A stretch of 64,000 nucleotides of DNA from Octopus sinensis. Its lineage: Eukaryota. The notes under the pieces were generated by a model. It was not told the origin of the DNA. It was given only the letters and a program-made list of their open reading frames with translations, and did no database searches. Shown piece by piece: positions 25,257 to 38,224 of this stretch (positions are counted from its first letter, which is position 1; each line of letters opens with the position of its first letter). Made by a program: the position numbers and the translations under genes. The stretch covers positions 74,462,001-74,526,000 of the forward strand of contig NC_043003.1 of NCBI RefSeq assembly GCF_006345805.1, given 5' to 3'.

Positions 25257-26911
25257 AGAAAGAATAAAAAACAGTCAGACAGAGAGATAGATACATATAT
25301 TGATAGGTAGGTTGCTAGCAATCTAGATTGGTATATAGATAAATATGGATATACACACATATACTCGTCACTATCTGAATTGGTACAGAAATTATACTCT
25401 GCCAGTCAGTGTTACGCAAATATAAATCAGTTTGATGTGTCTTTTTAGAGAACATATAATAATATATTCCACTTTTCAATGCCTAAATATGTACTTCCAT
25501 ATGCGTCTATGTATTTCAATCATTACAAACATTTTCTCTTCATATTATTTGTATAAATTATAACGAGGTATGACACCTGAAGACATCTGGGGAAATTACA
25601 GGTCATGCGAAAATTTTTGCTTCAAAAGAAATATAATGAAGAAATATAAGCTTTGGCAATATCCTATAATAATAGGTGTCGCTACAACGCTCGTCTGCAG
25701 GTCAGTATACGAGACTGATTTCGAGAATTCAGCAGCATTGTTCAGTATAATAACAGCCTACATCGATCGCCATCTCAATAATATCATTATCAAACACATG
25801 AAGTTACTCGGTAATAACAGTTCTGGTGCCACACAGTCGGCTCGAATGTTATTTGAAATAATATATTTATTTATTTCATTGTCTTATTCTTTTTTTTTCT
25901 ATTACTGTTACTTTTTTTTATAAATTCTTTAGAATTCAACTTTGATCACATCACTTGCAATGACGCCATTCCAGGCCAGTAAACATCACAGGACTGTCAG
26001 GTTACGTAAGGGATTTCATTTTTCGAAGATTGTTAACTGTAAAACACACAAGGTTGTTATTTGTTAAAACATCACTAGAAATTAATCAATATCATATTGA
26101 ATACACGTGATTATCGATGCATGGAAGCTATACTTCGTAATAATCATCATCATGTCTCTTTCTCTTTTCTTATTTCTATAAGGACCAGACTATAATTTAT
26201 CTTTCAGAATATTTCGTTGACACTAAGGAATTGAGTAAATGATATTGGAGCAAATAAACAATACTTCCCCAAACACTGCTGTCTCATTAGCCTCTGGACG
26301 TAATTAAGTTTCGACAGGGGCAATAACTCTACCGAAAAATACCTCTTGCTAAAGAACAGGAGATATAAAAGATGTGCACAGCAACACGTTGCGAATTGAC
26401 AGAATCGATAAAACGTAGAGTAGAATGTCAATATGTAGTCTTATTTATTTCTATAGGTAATCTTTTTCGAATCAGTAAAAACCAATTCTATGCTATTGAT
26501 TACCGGCTTTTAGAGAGCGTTCGGCAAGTTCCCTTGCAGTTTTTGCTCCAGAGATTGGAGTTCGGAGTTCAAGTTCCACCTTAATGTGAAGCAGACACAC
26601 TCGGCGACTATTTCCTCAGGTCTAGAGTAACGAGTATCCAAAATCCTTAAAATGAGGTCCGCAATAAATCGATGGTAGTTGGCACATTCAACACAGAAAT
26701 TCTTCAAGTTTGAACCATATTCACTAGAGTGACAATAAAAACCAATTGACTGCTTAAGGGATCCCTTAAAGAGGCTTACCTGATATAAATTACATAGATA
26801 ACGGTAATTCCATTGATATATAAAGCCATGTAGGTATTCGAATCCAGTAGCAGTAAAAATTCTCCTCACTGACACTAATAATACTGTATGCCAATTGTTT
26901 TGTATAGCAAA

Positions 26912-29175
26912 CACTACTTGAGATGATAATAGTAAATTTTAAGATGGTGTATATGAATATGAAATCCGTTTTGTGGCATCACGTCTACATTTTGATCTAT
27001 ATATTTTCAGAAAACGCGTCTAATCATTTGAACATGGATGTTATTTATCAAAGTACTTGGCTACAATTAATCACTGTTAAGGTAACAATATACACATAGC
27101 AAAAAACATAAAAACAACTTAGCACAAAAATCTTACAGCTCTGATTTTTCTGTCAAGGTTAGTAAAATGATGTTGAAGAAGAATAAAGCCAGCAAAAGTA
27201 TGCCATCAATCTGAGGGGTGGGGGTCAGTTTGCACTTTTACCTAGTGAGCAGGTCCTGAAATATTTCACTAATCTCACCACTCATATTACCTAAGGTCAG
27301 CAATGATTGTCTTGTAATTCAGACTGTTTTGTTTTGTTTTTTTTCCGGGAAGGTTTTCGACTGTCTTTAACAGAGAATCATAAGCTTGTCGTGCAACTTC
27401 CTTTAATGAATCACTCAACATCAGATTCTTCATCAATTTGTTTTATTTAATCAAAGAAAAATATCTTTCGGCAATTTGCCTAGTTGCACCTCCGATTCCA
27501 GTGACTTAGCAAAGTATTTGAAGATACCGATTTTAATATGTAGTGGTTGAAAAGCAATTTGCGTTTTTCAGTCTGGTCCTGTGTCACTCGCTGTAATCAC
27601 TTCGTCTTTAATAAGATACACTTGTAGATGATTTTTTTCTAGTATCTTTTTGCATTTACTTTGGAGTGTTTAGAAATATTATTTTTCCATTCTTTCATAA
27701 GTGCGCTTTGGTGATACTTAATGTTTGTTTTGCTTTTCTTTCCGACACGCCATCTTTGTCCACTCGTCGACACGCTTGTGCGAAACTGTTTCCATTTTGT
27801 TTAGAAATAAGAACAGCTGCTGTTTCTGTTCTATTAATGTTTTGTTAAGGGTGACAGTGGTTATGGTGGTGGTGGTGTTGGCGGCTATGGTAGGGTTGTT
27901 GTTGCTGATGTCTTCTCTATTTCCCTTATCGCTCTGAATACTTAACGTCCTGCTACTATTGTTCATGGTGATGGGAGTGATGATGATGTTGCTGCTGCTG
28001 ATGAATTTTCCTGCGATACTGCCACCTTCTAACAGTCCGAGGATATTCAAGCTGTGTCATTGCTGTTGCTGCTGCTGTGGCTGCTTCCGTGGCTGCTACC
28101 GTGGCTGCTGTCGTGGCTGCCGCCGCTGCTCTCTCCTATTTGCTTGCGCTCATTTAGTTGAGAGGTTGAAGGAGCAGGAGGAATATCCTCGGCTGTAGGA
28201 GGGCTGGTGTGAAGAAAGGTTCTACTCTCAATGCTCCCACAACTGGTGTCATTGACGCCATCTTCTTTTTTAAAAATGCTAAACGAGCGTTCTTTTGGAA
28301 GATGAAAGTAGATTCTCTTCTTTTAAACTTGAAGCAAACAAATGGGCGTCTCTCACATATTTCGATCTTGAACTACATCATTTAGTTCAACCTGAGTGAA
28401 AAGTTTTGGAAGAGCCTCCTGTTCCTCATGGTCCTTGAATCAAGGTTACTATATTCAATCACCTCAGTATCATCATCACTATCAGAAAAAAATTATGAAA
28501 TCTGGTGGTGAAAAATACCCTGAATGTGGTACTCGTCGAATAGTGGATGCTAGAGTTTGATGAATGAGTCGCTTAGTCTTAGAATTGAAGCCAAATGTCT
28601 AAATCACGGAAAATCAGCCATCATGAAGATTTCGTGTGTCCCTCCGAAAGGTTATGCATTTTTGACATTTTGAGTACTGTCTCAGTATTTCAAATCATGT
28701 TGTACAGATTATATGGTGTACCCAGCCTCTGTCTTGATCGCTCAATTTCATGCCAGAGTAAGAAAGCTTTCTTCAGAAAGTCTGTGATATTGTTTCGCAA
28801 TCAAGGTAATATAACGGAAGAAATCAGACGTGTTTTTGCATTTTCTTGTCTCACAACGGGCCTTTTTTTCTTGAAATAACAAACATATCTAAGTCAACTG
28901 TCACCTGGAAAAATATATTCTCAGATGTATCAGCAGTTATAAAGTAAGCAAATGAAAGTATGTGATAGCAAAGCTCCATAAAGAGAATATACTAGGAAGT
29001 TCTTTTTACAGTTCTTTGAACACGCGTGACCATAAGTGACCATGACACATGTCACTTCACAGTTACAACATTAAGAGTGTATTCAAAATACATATTTTCA
29101 TAAGAAATACTTAAAGATTCAACTAAAAAAGACTCATCCTATTTGAAATTATAGTCAAAATAAAGAAGCGCAGTA
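26912..29175 (-). mobile_element. Chapaev3-like (CMC superfamily) DNA transposon, decayed, with internal insert
   Basis: NNITDFLKKAF..GMKLSDQDRGWVHHIICTT (~28700-28790), PKLFTQVELND (~28390), PLHIKIGIFKYFAKSL (~27535), LGNMSGE..FQD and LMAYFCW (~27200); CACT terminus at 26912. Family name is from recalled motifs; the right end is uncertain. Confidence 0.7.
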
Positions 29176-29639
29176 TGGGCATATCTCCTGACAAATACGG
29201 CAAATTCCACAAATATGATATATGTATGATGTCAAGGACTACAGACATGTATTGTTTATTAACATCTAATTATATAAAGGACAGTTCAGCCATTACTGCG
29301 GCATTTAAAATTGATTAGATTGATAATACTGGAAATTGCTCAAGTTTGATATTTTTAAAGTTACCCGAATCATGATCTTTGGTTTCACTTTTGTAGTTGC
29401 TTCAATTATAAATGACATTGAAAAACTATTTCAAAGTCATGTCAACTTCCATATATTGGTCTGCATTTGATGAAGCCACGTCTATCCTTAGAAATAGTGA
29501 CAATATAGGAAATGTTGAATATTGACATTTAAGTTAGCTCAAAATCTTGACGAGATAGAGCAAAATCAATATTATTTTTTATATCAGCAACCCGAAATTA
29601 CAAGGAAACTTATCTCTAATACCAGACAGCAAAACCAAG

Positions 29640-30786
29640 TTCCTAATGTACGATACATACACGCAAGTATGTACATATATATATATATATATACACACTC
29701 ACTCACACACCTGTATGTACGCGCACACACATGCACATACACACACTTCCCCACACCCACACGTACATACATACACACTCACACACATACACACACACAC
29801 ACACACGGACATACATCTATGCACACACATACATACACACATACTCACATACATTCATCGGACACACTGCCACCCAGACATACACACAGACACACTCACA
29901 CATCCACACACATACATACTTACGCGCATACTCGCATGCGCGCGCACTCACGCGCTTGCGCCGGTTCGCGCACGCATACGCGCCGCTTGCACCTCGCTCT
30001 TGGACCCGACGAGACCTCCCGCCCGTTCCTGGGACCGTCGCGTGTCGTTGGGTTTTCCCACGCCCGTCTCCGCGGGACCACTCTTCCATCTTCCCCTCAG
30101 CTGGAGTCCTTTTTCCTTAATCCCCCCTTTTTCGTTACACACGCGCGCACACATATACACACATTGCCTATATATATATACATTACTCTTACACACATTC
30201 AATCTACTCGCCATTAATACCACCACGACACTGGACACACACACACACTACTACTCAACACACGCTGGCACGCTACATACGCCCCCACCCCTTCCCCTCC
30301 CTCCCTTCCTCCTTCCTTCTTTTTCTTACTACTGACCTTGTCTGCTAGCTGACCACTAGTCTCGCCCTACCTCACACGCCTACACACAGACGCACACACT
30401 AACACACACATATATTTTTTTGTTTTTTCATCTCGCCTCACACACACACATACACACACGCACACGCACACACTCACACATACACACACATCTGTTGCGT
30501 TACCAACCTTGTCTCCACTCTTTTGCCTTTAAAAACCCACTTTGCTCTTGTTATCGTCAACATCCGCCTTTCACCATGTGCAACTCATAAACACCAGTCG
30601 TCTTTTTCTCTTTCCCTGTTGCCCGCTCTGGGATCTTTCTTTCCTCTCTCTTCCTTCTTTATGTTTCCGACGAAGAGCTCCGCTCGAAACGTCATACCTC
30701 CCTGCTTCCATTTCCTGAGCGCCTATTAATAATAATACTGTAATTGTTCCTGTTGTTGTTGTTTTTTTTTGTTTCCCGTTTGGATT

Positions 30787-30790
<4 letters not shown>
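29640..30790 (+). mobile_element. ~1.1 kb non-coding, CpG-rich, microsatellite-laden element with 3' hammerhead motif
   Basis: CpG-dense core 29920-30150 between (AC)n tracts; motif at 30663-30697. The 5' boundary and the continuity of the element are uncertain. Confidence 0.55.
30663..30697 (+). ncRNA. Minimal type-I hammerhead ribozyme motif, best preserved in the window
   Basis: GTTT-CCGACGA-A-GAGC(TCC)GCTC-GAAAC-GTC-ATAC: GUC triplet, ACGT palindromic helix III, U4->C, extra A after A9, one helix I mismatch. Confidence 0.75.
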
Positions 30791-30833
<43 letters not shown>

Positions 30834-30941
30834 CACACATACACACATACACACATATATCACACACGCACATATATACACACACATCTATACCTTCATA
30901 AAGTCATACATAGCATTCATACATACACACACACATATATG

Positions 30942-31086
30942 CAGGCGTGGCTGTGTGGTAAGAACTACATGGTTCAGTTTTCAGACCCACTGTGTTGCAC
31001 CTTGGACTTCTACTTGAGCCGACAAAAGCTTCTGGGTGGATTTGGTAGGTGGAAATTGGAAGAAGCATTTGATATATACACACACA

Positions 31087-31141
<55 letters not shown>

Positions 31142-31466
31142 TTATATATATATCACCGTGATCACCGTGAGTGACCAGGCTAACAGATGTTGCTACACGT
31201 TGGTTGGTCACAATGCGCTTCGCATTGTTTTAGCATTCAAATGACGCAATCCCGCTGGCTAAGCGAGCAGGCCAACAGAAGAAAGAGTGAGAGAAAATTG
31301 TGGCGAAAGAGTACAGCACCCACCCCTGCCTGAGCCTCGTGGAGATTTAGGTGTTTACGCTCAATAAACACTCACAACACTCTGGGAATCGATCTTATGA
31401 CCGCTGCCCTAACCACTGGATTGTTGCGTCTTCACACACACACACACACACACACGCACACACACA

Positions 31467-31515
<49 letters not shown>

Positions 31516-31740
31516 AGTGTGTGGGGGGGCTGTTTGTATCTATGTTTATATTGCCTTTCTGTCTGTGTTTGTCCAACCACAAACGCTTGAAAACCGTTGT
31601 TTGTGTGTTTGCATCCCCATAAATAGTACTCGGCAAAAGAGATCGACGATAAATCCTGGGATCGATTAATTCGACTAAAAATTCAAGACGGGGTCTCAGC
31701 ACGGCTGCACTCTAATGACTGAAACAAGTAAAAGATGAAC
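30942..31740 (+). mobile_element. Family A SINE with a family C SINE (31152-31433, minus) nested in its internal microsatellite
   Basis: Head 30942-31072; tail 31560-31740 ending GAAACAAGTAAAAGATG; the intervening segment matches 5580-5767. Confidence 0.8.
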
Positions 31741-32774
31741 GATAAATTGTATGAGCTTATACTCAAAATTTTGCAGGTGCATGTATACGACAATACATTT
31801 TACAAGAAAAGATAAACTGACGAGGGCTGACGATCTGCATTGAACTTGTAACAACCGAATACATTAAAAGTTGTAAATGGAAAAAAATGATATCGACATA
31901 TTTCATTTATAAATTCAGTGTGAAATTGATTCGTTATTCAGTGCATTTAATTTAAAATAAATGTTAAACGTATAATCGTCTTATTTTCACATCAATAATC
32001 ATACATTCGTGCATGTAAGTTTGTACTCATAGACATAGTCACACTGTTAAATACATATGCATACACACTCAGGCTGAGAGATGTGTGCGTGTGTTTGTGT
32101 GTGTAGTTGACAGATAAATAGATTGAGTGAAAGAAGGATAGAAAGTTTTGCATGTATATATCCTGGTATATATATCTTTGATTTTGTGTATCTGCTTGTA
32201 GGTTTTATTGCATTCTATTCCATGGCGATATTAATAAGAAAATTGCAGAGAATGCTGGAAGCAACAGTACTTCAGATTGAGAAATCCATACTTGAAACAC
32301 CAAATTAATGACAGCGAAAAGAAATTTAATAAATAAACGACCGAATCCAATTTTGAATGATGCAACGGAAACATAAAATAACAAAACTGGGCAAGATGCT
32401 GTAAAACTAATAAAATTATAATTTAGACATAATTTTAATATTATATGCCTTCAAGGGCAGCTACAATCTAAATAAAGATTCGCACGTACTCTCTAATAAT
32501 TTAAAGATTGTGTTGTGTGCGTTTGCAATGAATTAAGTAAGCAGGTACATACAAATTGGTTTTAAGTCTTGCATGTGATCACAACGTTTTCTATTCTTCC
32601 ACAGATTGATAATTCCTTGGTAATCAACAAAACCCGATTCCGAGACTGAAACAAACATACATCATAGATTATCTTTAAACAAATGGTGATGCTCAAGCAA
32701 AACATTATCAAATATTAAATATTTCCATTTTCCATACTATCATCCAACCTTGCATCTCTCACATGCATATCCAC

Positions 32775-32822
<48 letters not shown>

Positions 32823-32828
32823 TATATA

Positions 32829-32861
<33 letters not shown>

Positions 32862-32864
32862 GTG

Positions 32865-32900
<36 letters not shown>

Positions 32901-33308
32901 GGTAGGTATGTATGTATGTATATGAATATATATATTGCACTGCACAATATGCTGCGTGTATGTGAATAAATGTTTTTAGATTTCATTAGCAGTATTTAGG
33001 TGTTTTCTGTCGTCTAAATATTATCCATGTTTCTCCCACCCTCTCGTTTCATTCTCTGAAGCCTTTCCCTTCTCCCTTCCCTTCTTTATCTGTCTGTCTG
33101 TCTGTCTGTCTGCCTCTCTCTCTTTCTGTCTGTCTGCCTTTCTTTCTACTTCATTTTTCACGTCATTTACGAGTCTCATTTTTATAAACAGTCCACTCAA
33201 TTCCGATAGGAATCATGCAATGGAGAAAAATCGCTTGTGTATGCTTGGACAGGGCTGCTGAAGAGAGACAACAACGTCAAAACAACAGCACACAACACCA
33301 ACAACAGA

Positions 33309-33309
<1 letters not shown>

Positions 33310-33398
<89 letters not shown>

Positions 33399-33492
33399 AA
33401 CTACTACTACTACTACAACTACTACTACTACTATTAATACCACCACCACCACCACTACTACTACTACTACTAATACTAATACTACTACTACT
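33310..33492. repeat. (CTA)n microsatellite
   Basis: Seen directly. Confidence 0.95.
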
Positions 33493-34206
33493 TATTGATA
33501 ATGTCTCCTCTGTATTTCGAAATTGCTCCTATCATCAGTAGACATTTCCAGTGCTATTGGCTAAATCGGAGACAGGGCAGACAGAAAATGGCGGAGAGAG
33601 AGAGGTGGGGAGAGAAAGCGAGAGAGAGAAAGCACAGAGTGGGGAAGGAGGCATAGACAGGAGACAGAGAGTGTAGAGAATCAGAATAAATTGGAGAGAG
33701 AAAGTGATTAAAGGAGAAGGGAAGAAATAAACAACCGTACAAACATCAGGTGCTCTGAAACAGAGCAAGGGAGTGAGTGTGTGACTGCGCGAGTGAAATA
33801 GTGAGGGAGAAAAAAACAAAGAGAGAGAGAGACAGAGAGAGAAAAGAGTGAGGGAGAGACAGCGAGAGAGAAACACAGTAAAATATCCAGAGAGCTATCG
33901 CAGAAGAGATATGAGCAGTAAGGTAGAGTTATATTGAAATTTGTCCAATGTTATTGAACAGTTTGCCAACCTTGATATCATGGGAGAGCGACAGGTGCAA
34001 CAAACTGCCTGTCTGTGTATTTATCTACTTTTGCATCCTTGCATGCATGTACGTATATGTGTGTGTGTGTGTGTGTGTGTGTTTACATATATACGTACAT
34101 GCATACATACATATATACATACGTAAATATATATTTATGTGCACATATATATATATGTATATAATATATACATATAGATATGTACATGTGTATATATCTA
34201 TATCTA

Positions 34207-34237
<31 letters not shown>

Positions 34238-34239
34238 GT

Positions 34240-34338
<99 letters not shown>

Positions 34339-34812
34339 ATATATATAAGCATATACACGTGTATATATATATGTACACTCATACACACACATACACACAC
34401 GTACATACAGTAGAAAATGGAATAAAGCTGCAATATCGCCTGCGGGTTTCGAACGCTTTGTCTACAATAAACTATAGCTATTCTAAATCTACATTATAGA
34501 TGTCGAGTAAAATTTATACGAATTTATTTTGCGTGCACGCGTGAGGGAGTTTATAATGTGTGAGTGCGTGAGTTTACGTGTTTTACCTCAGTCTGTGTGT
34601 TGTTCATATGTGTTCCCGTATGTAAAGTTTACCTATAAATCAGTGAAATTGCCAATGGCATATTTTATTTGATTTAGGCGGCACATAGCCCTGCAAAACT
34701 GACGCTAAATGCTCTTTTTTTCTTCCTTGTAAGCTCTTAGTATCTCAGAGATTTCACAAATAGAAGACAATATATACTGATGTGATGAGGCAATGTTCAG
34801 GTTATATAGGTG

Positions 34813-34952
34813 CAGGGCTGGCTGTGTATTAAGAAGTTTACTCCCTAACCATATAATTCCGTTTTTCCAGGATCAATTTCACTTTCTGGCACCTTGGACA
34901 AGTGTCTCCTACAATAGCTCGCGCCGAGAAAAGCCGTTTGAGTGAATTTGGT
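34813..34952 (+). mobile_element. Decayed family A SINE head
   Basis: GGCTGGCTGTGTATTAAGAAG...CACCTTGGACAAGTGTCT...GAGTGAATTTGGTA. Confidence 0.7.
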
Positions 34953-35204
34953 ATACATGCATATGCACCTACCCACGCGCACACATTCACACTACCACGC
35001 ACATACGCTCGCACACAAACGCACAAGCACACACACATGCAAGGACATATATATATATATGCAAGTGCAAATGACTGCTGTTCTGTTATGTGTGAAGTCA
35101 TGTGCATGTACGTATGTATATATACCTGTTCATATATGTTTATATATATATGTATATATGTGTGTGTGTCTCTGTCTCCCTCTTTCTCCCTATATATATA
35201 TATA

Positions 35205-35592
35205 TACTAAGCAATAAAGGGTTTAGCAACGAATTGCCTTACCACATACCGAATTTAGAAATAGCAGTCAAAGAGTTATAGCTATTTCTTCTACTAAAAA
35301 GGGAGATCTCAGTAAAAACAGCAATTGGAAGGCAGACACAAACAGGTAAGAGGGAATGAATTGACGGCAATCTATCATACATTTTTACTGAGATCTCCCT
35401 TTTTAGTAGAAGAAATAGCTATAACTCTTTGACTGCTATTTCTAAATTCGGTATGTGGTAAGGCAATTCGTTGCTAAACCCTTTATTGCTTAGTATTACT
35501 TAAATTTTCCTCGAATGAGGCTTTTACATGCCGAAGACTACTTGGTGTAATTGATAATTATTCCAAATTAATTAATTTCACCCTTCATTATT

Positions 35593-35598
<6 letters not shown>
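35205..35598. mobile_element. Fold-back element: perfect 114 bp inverted arms, 63 bp spacer, hammerhead-like motif in each arm
   Basis: 35205-35318 is the exact reverse complement of 35382-35495; the plus copy extends to ~35598 and aligns with 62650-62850(-). Confidence 0.9.
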
Positions 35599-35650
<52 letters not shown>

Positions 35651-36396
35651 TATATAACAAGTATAAACAGAGTTAACGGTTACACCTACAGGATAAAATA
35701 TCCGTATATACTATTAGTATTTGTTACCCGTATTATCCCCGGGCATTGTTGTGCAGGCATACCATGCACGTAGAGTATAAATAACAACAGGATAAACAGC
35801 AGTTTATCAGAAACCAATGCAAATAGTCAGAAAACGGAGACAAACTCAGATTAACAAACACATCGATTGAACCACAGGGCGGATACCTATGCTACTCTGT
35901 TACCATAGGTACTGCTCTTTGATAATCATGTTAGTATTTTCCTTATATACATTTTCTTGATTACTTCTTATTTTAAACAACCTGCCCTCCCTATTCAAAT
36001 TGCACTTACCCGTTAATAAATTGTAGTATTCCCTAGACTATTACTAGCTCACACTCTTACCTACAAACCCGGAGCCCCTTGATGGTAAATTATATGCTTT
36101 TAACTTATTGAGCTTCTAGACTTTTGTCTAGGGCATGATTTCTTTCCTTTTCCTTTTTCACTTTCTTTATATTGTATGCTCTTGTTTTTTACTCTATTGA
36201 AGCTCCGTTTCCTTAACTCGAATGCCCTCACACATTTATTTATAGACACCCTTTTGGTAACCAATCACAAACGGCCGTAAGATGTGTTACGTCACCTATT
36301 TTGTTATGTCATGATTTGTATCAGAAATCAAGCTACAAATGTGGTCCAATCAATGTGCTTCTTAATTTGAAGTTTTATCCATTTCCTGACTATACA

Positions 36397-36434
<38 letters not shown>

Positions 36435-36446
36435 ACACACACACAC

Positions 36447-36518
<72 letters not shown>

Positions 36519-36981
36519 TGTGTGTGTATGTATGTATACATTCCATATTAATAAGCAAATGATATAGTGGGTTTGGTGTATCGAGAAACGTTGCTTAAAA
36601 TGCCTTAAAACAATTACTTCATTATAAATTTTAAATATAATAGTGAAAACAAAATAAGCGATTTACGTTTTACCGTTTATTTCATGTTTTTCACCTTTAA
36701 AATGTTCTCATCTAGAGAAAACGGTGTGTATATTTACTTATAGCAGTCACGATCTAGACAAAATTATGATTGCGGCAAGTGCTAAATGGCAGTATTCAAT
36801 TGGCCAATTGGCGCCTCGAGAATTTCGCTGTGGAAGGTGTGCTATAATATTCATAAACAAAATTGGTGTCTTAAATCTTAATTTTTTTTCCTGAGCTGCG
36901 ATGTGGTATAGATATTTATTGCAAATCTGCGTGTTACAATTTCTCTCCTGCTGACGCGAATGTGATTGCGAACAGTTTATA

Positions 36982-38224
36982 TACGAGAAAGTACCCCCAA
37001 AATAATCGGAAACGCACTCTTTTATGTAGGACAAGTCCTTTGTAGTTCAGGCTTTCGCCGCTAGAAGCAACTTGATGCGACCCACAGGCATCAGTCTGCC
37101 TCTTGGCGTCATACACCGCAATCGTGCTGCTAAGTAATGCGTCTTTGTTTTGCAGTGCTTCTCCCTTCTTCTTTGATATTTGCGATGGTTAAAATGCGAC
37201 TAAAACACTTGACACATCTCAAACAGCTTATAACCAAGCTGCCATGAGCAAACCCTAAGTTTAAGAGTGGTTTTCACGCTTTAGAAATGGTCACACGTCG
37301 TTTAAAGACAAACATCTTTCAGGGTAAAGGTCGACCTCTCGGAAGAATGAAAACATCACGAAATTAATGAACTGATCTTGGAGGACCGTTACCGAACATT
37401 TGACGAGGTTGTTGATATGACTAGTGTGTCATGGAGAGTGGAATTGCGAATAATAAAAGTTGGAGCAAAATTTATGCCTCACTCGCTATCAGATGATCAA
37501 AAGCAGCCACGACTGAATGCCGGTCGTGAAAGAACAGTTGGAACTTGATCTGGACCTTTTTCATAGGAGATCGCTAGTGACGAAAACTGCAACGATCCGG
37601 AAACGAGGCAGCAATCAAGAAATAGAAGCACTCGATGTCACCTTGCCCCAAAACAGCGAGTCAAGTGAAGTCAAATTTCAGCACGATAGTGATTTGTTTC
37701 ATCGATGTGAAAGGAATTGTTCACATAGAATTTGTTTTACCTGATAAAATTGTTAGTCAGGCATTTAAAATTGGCAGTTCTGAAAGTTTTGCGAGACACG
37801 GTGAGATGAAAACGCCCCGACCTGTGGCAAGCTGGAGAGTGGTGTTTTCATCACGACAATGTACCTGCGCACACTAAATTGAATGTGAGACAGTATTTGA
37901 CCAAAATTGGCATGACCCAGTTTACCAACCCTCCCTCTTCACCTCATCTTGCTTTCTGCGACTTTTCTTTGTTTCCCTGAATGAATAATGTTCTGAAAGG
38001 AAATCGTTTTACAGATGTGGAAAAGGTGTAGAAAATTTTCGGAGGCCTTAAAAGGCCTCAATTCGTAATAGGTCCAGCATCGCTTCGATCAGTAGAAAAC
38101 GTGTCAGGGCCGATGCATTGTATCAAATGGAGAATGATTTGAAGGTGGTAAAAATGCAAACAGATAAAACTAAATTGATAAAATAGTATTGCATAATTCC
38201 AATTTCTTTTGTGTACCCAACGTA
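36982..38224 (+). mobile_element. Full-length (~1.24 kb) decayed mariner
   Basis: Imperfect TIRs TACGAGAAAGTACCCCCAAAATAATCGGAA and TTCCAATTTCTTTTGTGTACCCAACGTA; ICFIDVKGIVHIEFV, WCFHHDNVPAH, PSSPHLAFCDFSLFP. Confidence 0.9.

Noticed and set aside
35509-35550. CGAATGA-GGC...GCC-GAAGAC as a further hammerhead
   Set aside because: The homologous segment near 62690-62725 keeps a 3 bp stem but neither core motif, and helix I does not pair.
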